From assembly GCF_036321535.1 (NCBI RefSeq), contig NC_087437.1, positions 96,288,001 through 96,352,000 of the forward strand: 64,000 nt of DNA, written 5' to 3'. A program made the translations under genes and the position numbers. This DNA is from Camelus dromedarius (Eukaryota). Shown piece after piece: positions 13,878 through 24,636 of this stretch. The notes beneath the pieces are model-generated. The model saw nothing but the letters and a program-made list of their open reading frames with translations, ran no database searches and was not told the origin of the DNA. The first letter of the stretch is position 1; each line of letters opens with the position of its first letter.

Positions 13878-14405
13878 GATTAAAAATGGCAGGATCACCA
13901 GGGATGTTATGTGAATATCATGTAACCCCTGATCATTATGTGACAAAATGGCGCTCTCTGTGGCTTTCTTCCTAAAGTCCCACAAAGCCAGTCTAATCAT
14001 GAGAAAACACTAGACAAATCCAAGTTGGGGGACATTCTTGGGATACCTGGCCAGTGCTCCTTAAGACTGTTGAGGTCATAAAGACAAGGGAAAACTGAGA
14101 ACCTGTCACAGGACAGAGAAGACTGGGAAAACAGGACACTAAATGCAATATCCTATAATATCCAACTAAATAAATACCCTAGACAGGATCCTGGAGAAAG
14201 GAGTCATTCACAGAAAAACCAGTGAAATTAAAATAAGGTATAAACTTTGATTATCATGTATCAGCATTTGTTCATTATAAGCAACAAATCTTTCAAAGTA
14301 ATGTAAGAGGTTAACAGTAGGGGGAACCGGGTAGAGGGATATGGGAATTCTCTGTACTATCTCTGTGACTTTTCTATAAATCCAAAATTCTTCCAAAAGG
14401 AAAGA
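13878..14405 (+). mobile_element. L1MC-type LINE-1 3' UTR
   Basis: ccagtctaatcatgagaaaacactagacaaatccaagttgggggacattct...gggaattctctgtactatctctgtgacttttctataaatccaaaatt, a characteristic L1MC 3' end. Confidence 0.8.
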
Positions 14406-15932
14406 TTGTTTTTATAGACAAGCTATTTAATTCCAGTAATTGAAAATTAACCTTTGTCTACATTAATTATACAACATAATTAATCTCTAAGTCTTACACC
14501 AACATTTCAAAATTATATACTAATGGGCCTCAAATCTGTGGAAAGTTATTGAGTATAAACACAAAGATGGACTCACCAACTCAGTCCCACCAACTCTGCT
14601 TGCTTTTCAACCTGCTTGCCCATTAAGAAAGTTTGAGAAGCCTCACCTTCAAAAACCTCTCCTAGTAACAACATTCCTATAAAACTAGTGGTCTGAAAAA
14701 GTGAGAAAAGAAACACAGAGTCTACTTTCTCTACTAGTTATGCTGAAAAGTTAACCCAAACAATTTTCACTTGTTTCGTTCCTATAGATTGCAATGAACC
14801 TCTCATTGTTTAAAATGTTTGGTCCATTTGAAGCCAGTGCTGTTGACGATGTGACTTTAGAAAGTATTACAGACCTAGGGGTCTGTAAAATTGAGATTCT
14901 GAAATGAATGTGTAGATTCAGGACAGTATAGAGAGCAATGCCAGTGAAAGCACAAAAAAAGCAATTTGAGTTCTGTGACAGCATGTTTCATTTCAGTCAG
15001 TTGAATGAACATTTCTTTTTTAGGAAAGGAAATTAGGGAAAAAAATAGCAGGATGTGACATTTTTTGCAGACAATGATTGCAGTAGGTGTGGTAGCTGTA
15101 GTTTCAGAAGGCAGGACTAGGAGGAAGGCAAAACAAATCTTAAAGCTAAACTTGATCGTTATATATAAAAAAAATTCCTGAATGATTTATTTGATCATAA
15201 AAGGCAAGGTCTTGGGAGAACTTAAGATTACAAAACAGTTTTACATTTATTTTTATAAAAGATAACAAGCATTTCTGAATGTACCCTAGAGAGCTGAGAG
15301 AATGGGTTTGGGGTTTGGTGATGGAAGAACAGAAAAGAGCTGGGGGAGAAGGTCTTTATGAGGAGACGGCAAGTGAGAATGTGACAGGAGGTCCGTAAGT
15401 GAAAAGTCCCATTTGCAGATAGTGATGTCAGCTGCTTGGTGCCTTATCATTATTGTGTTAAATGAGATCTCTCCTTTACTGCAGGCCCTACAGTTAGCTA
15501 CACTCAGCACCTTTTTGTTAGTGATGCTCTGAGCTAAAAAGGAAGGCAGAGAGTATCCAGGGTGAGGTGAAGCATCATAGCGACAGAGCAGTGGTTGAAG
15601 GGGGCAGTCGGGGTGGGTGGGTAGCAGGAACACAATGAAAGACCTAGACGGGCCGGAAAAAGAAAGTGCCTCAGGAATCCTTGATATTGGAGGATGAAAG
15701 ATGGAGTGGAGTGGTCAGGCATTTATGCGAAAATTCACTAAAAGAGGCCATCAGAAGCCTGGAGGATCTCAGTATATAGAACAGCAGATATGTGGCTTGC
15801 ATATGTAAAAATACTATGTGTGAAAATAATATACCAAGGTACAAGAGACTTTGGTGGTGCAGCTGGAGCTGTCTTTTTCTTTTTGAATTATTCAACGATT
15901 ATCTAACAATCTTCCACCCATGATGTTCTTAC

Positions 15933-16071
15933 CTTCCTCTTGGCAAGTCTGCATCATCTTTTTTCCACCGCACGGTTGGCTGAGGATCTCCCTGGACCTG
16001 ACAACGAAATTCTATAGCTTCTTCCTCCAGCACCACCTGGTTAATTGGCCTCCTGAGAAATGTGGGTCGTT
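15933..16071 (-). CDS. ROBO2: ROBO2 coding exon (exon 5 equivalent), N-terminal half of Ig3
   Basis: T13-ccctaag|AA CGA CCC ACA...AGA GGA AG|gtaaga translates to (E)RPTFLRRPINQVVLEEEAIEFRCQVQGDPQPTVRWKKDDADLPRG(R). 139 nt, phase 1 to 2. Confidence 0.97.
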
Positions 16072-18129
16072 CTTAGGGAAAAAAAAAAAAAGTAAAATTA
16101 AATGAATGTCATGGATGTTTTTGGTACATAGGTATCTAACTTTATAGCTCAACTATGTCTTGATAAGGCCTTATGAATCCAACATAATTGTACAAAATAA
16201 AATATTTTGAAACAAATAAATACCTATGGTTTATATATGAATCCATACATACTGTTGGAAAAATATTAAATTGATTCTTCTGTGAATTCCTGAGCTAAAT
16301 CATGTGTATCCCATCATAAAAATTCTGAACACTGTATTCCACAAAAACAAAGAGACAAAAATGATTACTTTAATGTATTACAATGGTTCAGAGTGGGAAA
16401 ACTGAAAGTTGAAACAGATGAAAAAGTCAAAAAATAAACAAATATTAATATTCCATCAAGAATACTAGAGAGAACAAAAATAGTTGTGCTTTTAACGTAA
16501 GTTGTCTAAATTTTCTCACTAAGGCATTTGATTTGATAAGGATCCAATACATTCATGAATCTTTTCACTTCATATGTGGAAAGCTGCCCACCTGATTTTT
16601 TTTCTTAAATAAAAAAAAAATGATAATCTGATGTTTTTCTTAAATAAAAAATGCTGTCATTATTGATTATTGTAAACTAATTACTGTCATAGATAATTTT
16701 CTAAGGCCACTTCGAATATCTTCTCCTAAATGTTCCAGATTTTTTTTTCACTTAACTTTTATGTTTATTTCTCTAGTATTCTGTTTCAGTGTTTCCTGTC
16801 CTTTAGTCTTTTGTTGTTAATCTGTACCTAATACTGTTAATCTGCATTCTAGTACTCCTCAAAATAAAGCCTGGAAAAAATAAATTCCTGCCCATAAGAA
16901 TCTTATCATTAACGAGAGATATAAAACAAAATGCAGTTTTATATATCTGTAAACACTTCAATTCCTTGTCTAGTTCCCTATTCTTTTTATAATGATCTGA
17001 TTGTGTTACAGGAAAAATTATCATTTAAATTTTTATTAGCCCATGTCTCTCAGTCATAGACAAGTCCAATTTTGCTACTTACTGATGTAAAAAGAGAAGT
17101 CAAGGAAAAGAAAAACGAAATCCATAGGGAGTTGACACAATTTATCTGGCCATATGGCCATATTTAGTCACTTAGAACTTTAATTTCAACCCACTTAAAA
17201 AATGTGAATACAGTGGCACAAAAAATTGAAACATATTTAGCAAGAAATCTTTAAGGAAAATAAATCACGTCAAATAACATATGTTGAGTATAGACTGGAA
17301 GTATATTATTTTATTGACTAAATAAAGATCCATATTTATGAAACAAATGTGTAAGTTACAAGAGCCATATCTGATTGCAATGAAGTCAACCATCATTAGT
17401 ATTCAGAAGGAAGACAATGGCATCTCTCTACAGTGAACCTGACAGTAAGGATCAAAATTTTCTTTGAAACACAGATCTACATATGCTCAAGTATCTATAC
17501 TCTGGGACCCTGAATCCCAAGCCATAAAACAAGGTGACTGGGACTTTATCATGGAGAGGGTTTTTTAATGCAAGATTTAGAAATAATCCATAAAAACTTG
17601 GGGAAGATAGTTTGCTCTTAAAGATTTTAGGTAGTCAGAATCAATTAGCAGCTAAGTGTGCCCTCAAGACAACAGAATAAATCTGCAAGTTGAATGGAAT
17701 TATTTCGTGTTATCCTTTTAAACTCTGGACACTTTGTGCTCCAAACAACTATTTCGGTGCTTGCATAGTTGATATGGTGCTATTGTTTCTGGCAGTAAAT
17801 AGACAACAGGATCAGTATATCCTTATGAGTGTTTACAATGGTAATAGTAAAAATTAATCATTACATAGAAAGGAGGACTGAATTTTTCTGTTATCACTTG
17901 GGGACGTTCATCCAATTCATCCAAAAGCTGCAATAACCCTATACTAAAAGATAGCTGAGTCACCAGTGATATCACTTACGACTGAGAAATAATCAAGAGG
18001 CCCTGCCTGCTCCCTCTGATTTTAAAGGGAGAATTGTCCTCCAACCTGGCATATGGATGAGCGAGCTAAGAGAAGTCTTTCCCGTTCAGCACATGTTAAT
18101 ACAGCTCCTCCCATGTCAGGCTTGGAGCC

Positions 18130-18495
18130 TGGTAGCTGGCAAAGAGCCAGCAGGTTAGAAAAGTGGTGAGAGATGAAGCTAGTCAGTTGGTAAGTGGTAA
18201 GGCCATCATGGGCCTTGCACTCATGTCAAGGAATGTGAGCTCTGCCCTGAAGGTGATAGAGCGCTCTTAAAGGATTTTAAGTAAGGAAGCACCATTTTTA
18301 ATAAGCATACGAAAAAGATCGTGTTGGCAGGTCTGTGAAAGATGAATTAGCAGAAAATATGAAAGGTGAATTAGGTCAAATGGTTACTGTAAGAAATTAT
18401 TTCAGCTCAGAACTGACACAGTGGTTCTAGGGATATGGAAAAGGGAAGAGAATGAAAAGATACCAGAATTGGGTGATACATCAGACGTGGAAGGA
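18130..18495 (-). mobile_element. L2 fragment
   Basis: gggccttgcactcatgtcaaggaatgtgagctctgccctgaaggtgatagagcgctcttaaaggattttaagtaagg is antisense L2. Confidence 0.7.
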
Positions 18496-18499
18496 AAGT

Positions 18500-18655
18500 C
18501 TATGGAAATGTGAGGTATCTTGATTGTGGTGCTGATTTCATAGGTGTATGCATCTATCAAAATTCATCAAATTGCATAGCTGAACTATGTATAGTTTACT
18601 ATACAGAAATTGTACCACAATAAAGTTGCTTAAAAAATTTAAAAAGAAAAAAAGA
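18500..18655 (+). mobile_element. L1M (MB/ME-type) 3' terminus with A-rich tail
   Basis: ggaaatgtgaggtatcttgattgtggtgctgatttcataggtgtatgcatctatcaaaattcatcaaattg...caataaagttgcttaaaaaa. Confidence 0.8.
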
Positions 18656-19169
18656 TTAATTTCCACTGAGCAAACTGGAACAAAGTGGCAGGTAAAGTAT
18701 GAATGTGGGGGTGGGCATCCTTTCATTGCAGAAACAGTAGACATGAGAAAAATGGACTCCTTATGCATTTTTAGTCAGGTTTCTGTTACTTGAAGTCAAA
18801 CGCATTCTTAATTAATATAGTAAAGGAGGCTTTATATAACAAAGAGAAAAAATAAATGCCACGTCTATAAAGAAAATCTGATGGATTAAAAATTCTAAAT
18901 AAAGAAGGAATCATAAAAAATCTTCTTAAGTATGATGAATATATTTTATCAGAAATCAAATGCAAAAAATTATTCTTTAAAAGTAATACACTAAGGTCAT
19001 GTCTATTAAAATCAGGAGTATGATGGGCATGTCAACATTAACAATCAGCAAGAAACAGAAGGGAAGTGTGAGTACTGGAGAAGGACCAAAACAGTCATTA
19101 CTTGCTGACACCCTGCAATACAAATAACACGGAACAGTAACTTTGATCATTGATGACTGCACAAAAATA

Positions 19170-19350
19170 AGAATAATGTAGGATCATTGCAGTAATAATG
19201 GCAATACTGGAAAACTGGGATTTTTGGATAAATTGTGGCACATTCACACATTGGGATGTTAATGCTATCTATCTAACATGGAAAATTTTCATAGCATGAT
19301 GTTGATCACAAAATAAATTGCAGTAAGAGTATATACATTAGTTCCACCAA
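19170..19350 (+). mobile_element. Old L1ME-like fragment
   Basis: ggataaattgtggcacattcacacattggga...aacatggaaaattttcatagcatgatgttga. Confidence 0.55.
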
Positions 19351-22189
19351 AATACAAGTGAATATTTTCAGGCAAAGTTTCGTATGCTTCCTTCAACATG
19401 CTACCAGTTGCAAAATCACAACATATGACTATGATTAATCCAAAGAGCAAACTTTACATTAGAGTTGTCACAAAACGAAGCCATCTCTTCCTCCAGGGGA
19501 CAATATCAAGATCCTTGAGGGGTTTTTTGGTTATCATACATGTTCTAAGCCCCACTATTTTGTATAGAGACATGTGGAAGCATCTCATTCATATTTTCAA
19601 GAAGAAGAAAGATATGGGAACCCCTGCTGCTGTTCTGATGAACTCAGTAGGGGTGGAGAACTTCTCAATGAACTTTCTCAATTCCCTTCTGCCCTCAAGC
19701 AGAGTCTTCTTGCCTAGAAACTAGTTAACCACAGGACAGCAGATAGTACAGAATTTTTGGAAGTCTAACATTGGATCATAGTGGAAAATGCCATTTAATT
19801 GACTTAAAAAAAAAACAGATGATGCAAAGAAAAACCCAGATGAAACTCATCTGCATATATGGTGCATCAAGATGGATTTTATACCTGAGTATTCCTAAGA
19901 TTGGGCCTTCTAACAAAGTAATATCAAAATTTACCAATACATTAGAGTTTGGTTACAAATTTTAAAGAATTATTTGGAGAATTTCCATAGCATGCATTGT
20001 AGCAATTATTTCTAAATTGTAATATTCATTATTTCAATGGGTTTTCTGTTAATTTATAAGCTCACCTTCTACTTTGTAATTTTAGCTGCCTACAAAAAAA
20101 TAGGACGTTAAAAACTGTAGATTTGCTTAACATTTATTTAAATGGAAAGACATTTTTTGTAAGAACTATTTTCAGTTTCCTTAACTAGACTTTATTTCCA
20201 GAAAACCTGAGAATCAGAAACATGAACATTAAAGACTGAAGAAGTTATAACAGCAGTATTTTTAAATGTTTGCCTTTTAGTGGCTACTGCTAAAAGCCAA
20301 ACACAAAGCCACACCCCTTTCAGACACAAATTACAAAAATTACAAGGAATTATCTTCGGGTTTATTGGTTTACGTCAAAATCATTTGCAAAGAAATGCAG
20401 TCAGAAGGATTAGAAAGTAAGGCGAAACATCCAGTAGGTGGAGAGGTGACCGCATTCAATACCCAGTAATGCTCCATGGAGTTTGTACGATTAAAATAAA
20501 TGTACATAAAACATTGTGAACTACTACCTAACAAGCAAACCTAATTTTAAGGCATGTGAAAATAAGGTCACTGAGTTTTCCATGTTATCACCTTATGTCT
20601 GATCACATATTGAAAAACAGAGGGAGAAATCTCAAGGGCTGTTTGCTGACTGTTTATCAACTAGACTAGAGTCCCTCTGAATGCCCTGATCCCTACTTAT
20701 ATAGCCAAGGAGTGATCAAAGGCAATGCCTTTGCCAATGCAATTAACATTTTTTTTTTTTTTAACGTGAGATTAACTAGACTTGAATCACCTGCATCACT
20801 TGCTTACAACGTTAATCTCTCTTGAGACAGCACTGTTGTTTGGCAGCCTGGTACTATGTAAGTACAGCTCTCAAGTAGTCAGGTCAATTTAGTTCCAAAT
20901 TGGCATTATGGAAAACCCAACTTTGTATGCAACTGTAATAAAATCAAATGCCAGGTCTCATTGTAGTTACGTCAAAACACTCAGAAAGCGAAATATTCAA
21001 TTTAACCCCAAAACCATAAATCTGAAATGTGGTCCCAAATATCTCTTAAGTTTCTTACTTTCATGCTACAATGAAGGAAATTAAGTACCCAGGGAACAAA
21101 TTTCTCTTTTCAACTGTATTCAGTCATTGAATATGGCTATAAAATTGTCAATGGCTGCGCCGTGACAGCTATTACTAGGACAACCTCAACAATTTAAAAA
21201 TAAACTCTGCTTGACATTATAAAAGTAGCATTATGGCAATAATTACATAGGTAGAGTCCTGTAAGTCCTCTAAGACCGAAGCTATGCAGTAAAAGCACAT
21301 GAGATCTAACCACTGCTTGTAAACCTTATCTGAGCGTTAGCTGACCCAGAAGGATCTGCTGCACTGTGGTGTCTATTAAACTGGGAAGTCAGATGGCTAG
21401 CCCTAGTAGGTCTCCTTTTATTTAACTGGGTATGTATGAAGGGCAGGGGTTATGATAGCCATTGAATGTGAATTACTGTGCCCTTCCGAAACAGACTGGG
21501 TGATAATGATCAGTCTGTCTCAATGTGATTAAATAAGTCCTGGCTGCATTAATTTCTTTTCTCGCCAAGGATTTTCTTTGTCTGAGAGAAATCATCCTGT
21601 GAAGCGAAACCAAACATAGGTAAATGTTCTCAGAGGGGGAAAAATGCCTTTCTCACCATGTTTTAGAGGCAAAGTTTCATGTTACTGCTGATATGAGAGT
21701 TGTGCTGAGAGTGGGGCACCTGTCTATTCATCTCTCTACTCTACTTAATCACTCAAAGCTTGGCACATAGTAGGTGTTCAAGAGATGTTTGTGAAATAAA
21801 TGCAGTAGCAAGAAATATTTTGCTGTTTTAAAGTTTGCAAGGTAATGCTATTTAAAAGAACTGTATTGCTCTTAACAATCATCTTGATTTTAATAACACC
21901 TTATGTTTTGAATTCTTAAACGAAGACCACAAGTTATCAGTAAATCAATAACTTATATTCCTAAGGTTCAGTTCTGAGATATCTTCCCTTGCAGCTTTGT
22001 CTCAGAGTATCTCAGCTACACTCTGGCCATCAACAATTACCTCTCATTCAATAACTGAAAATTAACCTCACCAGCACCAACCTCTGTCCCCATTCCCAAC
22101 AAAGTGGTTAGTGCCCAATCTGATTATCCTACTGTGAAAGCCATCAGCTGACACCGTTTCCAATAGTCTTTTTAGTGAACAGCAATTAA

Positions 22190-23730
22190 ATATGAATGAA
22201 CAACAGATTGCTTGCCATTTGAAGAAAGTCTCCAGTGTAAAAGACAGAACAATGCATGGAGGAGGGCAGGGAGAGGAACTTAGAAAAAATAAAAGCAGGT
22301 ATACATCATGAGAAGATTTTATTTAAACAGAAGATTTTATTTAAACAGAATTTATTTATTTAAATAAATTTATTTATTTATTTTATTATTAAAATCCTAA
22401 GATACAAGAGAAGTTAAAATATCCGTGAAATAAGAACAAGATGCTATAAATAAGGAATAATTCAAGAAAAGAAAGACCTAGGAGATTTAACATCTAATTA
22501 GTGAATTTTTGCTTGACAGAGAAATGAAATAGAAAAAAAAAAGAGAGTATATTTCACTGAATTGTTTCAATAGAGCATTTTTAGATTGAGATTGCTCACC
22601 GAATGTCCAGCGAGTAAACGAAAAAAGTACCAAACCGAGGCATACTGTTAAAACATTTCAGAACACTGGGATAAAGAGAAAGTACTAAGTAAAGTTTGGA
22701 AAGAGAAAAAATAAAAAAATGATCACATAGGGATCAAAAGTACAGTACACTTCTCAAGAGTAACAGTGGAAGCAAAATGATATTGGAGTGGCAACTTTAA
22801 TATTTAATATTCTGAGCAAAAATACTTGTTTTAAACTTGAATTCTATAACCAGCCAAAGTGTTCGTTAAGCTTTGGATAAAATAAAGACAGTTTGGTCTG
22901 GAATGTACTCTACGCTCCAGTCAAGCAGAAAGCAGGAGAGAAAACACTGTTCTGAATATAGGAGTTAAACCAAGAAAAAAACCAAATACAGGATACAGAA
23001 GACAGGGAATCCAGCAACAGAGGAAAGGGAAGATGGATATCAGAATGAAGTTTCTGGGGTAGACCTAACTAGCATCCAGCCTGTCAAATTGGGCAGAAGA
23101 TCTGAGGCCTGCAGGAAGGCTGTAGCCAGGGTGGACTTAACAGCTAAACAGAATTTAGAGAATTTTAAACCTTCTGTTGAGGATTTCAAGAATTCATCAC
23201 AAGTATAGATAGATATTAGTTAAAGGGAAAAATAAGCTTATTATTAACTTAAAGAAGACTAAATATAATACCAGAAAAAATGTCATTGTAATAGCATAAC
23301 ACTTAGTTCATAGTCAATATTTACATGGTTATAATAATTTAAATTCTAAATATTAATATAACCAATGTTTCTGAAGTCAATATACTGAAAGGACAAAAAG
23401 AAAGTGGAGGTGAGAAGGTGGGGAAGGGAGTATAAGTGGGTCAAATCATCATCTTCCAAAATAAGAAGTCAAAATAATGTATAAGATTGCAGAATCAGCA
23501 CATAGAAATATGGAAATAAATTCCTAAAAAGATAAAACAGGCTTACAGGAATGTTCAAAGAAGAGAATGTGTATGTGTGTATGTGTGTGTGTGTGTGTGT
23601 GTGTGCTGGGAGGAGGGGAGGCAGAAAGATACTTCTGTATTTCATTGTAAGTTTTGTAATTCTTCCAATGTCTATTAGGAATGTAACATAGAAAATCTTT
23701 TTTTATGTATTATTTTGATAAACAATTAAA
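22190..23730 (+). mobile_element. HAL1 / old L1 ORF1-like element (~1.5 kb, degraded)
   Basis: A-rich ORF1-like text (gattgagattgctcaccgaatgtccagc, tttcagaacactgggataaagagaa, ttgaattctataaccagccaaag) followed by HAL1-like ggagttaaaccaagaaaaa...acagggaatccagcaacagagg. Confidence 0.7.
23568..23604 (+). repeat. (TG)n microsatellite
   Basis: tgtgtatgtgtgtatgtgtgtgtgtgtgtgtgtgtg. Confidence 0.9.
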
Positions 23731-24505
23731 AATCATTTGGAAAAAATTGTTATTTTTGGTTGTTTTTTAATGACAGTTAAATTTTGGATAACAGATATCC
23801 CAAACCTACCCATAATTAGAAATGTAATTATGTAAGTCAACTCTAGTTTCTGTCTTCAGGATCTTTAGAATTTAATTGATATTTGTAAATTGCTAGGAAG
23901 TATTCTTTATGAAGACATCTAGACTGTGCCACAGATTTTAGTGTCTATTTACACCATGATGCGTACTTCTAATTTTTAGATTTGGTACTGCCACTTAACT
24001 AGGATGCTATTTTATAGCCAACAAATATTAAAGAAGAACAGAATAAATGATTCATAGAGAATGGCACTGTAACATTTTGAAAATTAAGTTACACTAATTA
24101 TGTCTTTGTCTAAAGGGCCGATTTTAAAAGCATAAGTTGCAATTTTCAACCTAAAAAAATACCTTCTAAGTCAAAGCCCACTTAATAAAGAATCAAAACT
24201 TACAGATGGCTATTGCACTGACAAAGACCCTTTATCCCTTTCATTGGTGTCTTTGCCATTTATAATGGAGTTGTATTTTTGAATAATTAAATATCATCAG
24301 TTTTTTTCTCTGTATTACATAAATTAAAGACTGAGCTGCAAAGGACACTTATAAACTACCTGTAGCTGGAAGAGTATAGAGTGGTTCTAGTAGCCAGAAT
24401 TTTTAAGGCAGAATTGCTGCTACATGAAAACATAATTGAGAAGGAAGAGGGATAAAATGTAACCAGTTTTTCTTTTATGAACCTTAGATCAGAAATGATA
24501 GTATC

Positions 24506-24506
24506 A

Positions 24507-24581
<75 letters not shown>

Positions 24582-24636
24582 GAAGAAAGAAAGGAAGAAA
24601 GAGAAAGAAAGAAAGAGAAAAAGAAAGAAAGGAAAG
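24506..24636 (+). repeat. (GAAA)n tetranucleotide microsatellite with degenerate purine tail
   Basis: About 18 perfect GAAA units followed by ggaagaaa/gaga variants. Confidence 0.97.

Larger units (their letters stand above)
1..15932 (-). other. ROBO2: ROBO2 intron 5 (5' part; next exon lies beyond the window)
   Basis: GTAAGA donor at 15932-15927. The expected next exon (YDIKDDYTLRI..., recalled from human) was not seen in 1-15932. Confidence 0.85.

Noticed and set aside
1..15932. ROBO2 exon 6 and the NOVA-regulated microexon 6b
   Set aside because: No matching coding sequence was seen; both should lie downstream of the window.
15920..16105. 61-aa + strand ORF
   Set aside because: Antisense shadow of ROBO2 exon 5.
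19398..19965. Possible processed pseudogene (108-aa and 64-aa ORFs)
   Set aside because: No recognisable protein similarity, poly-A tail or TSD.
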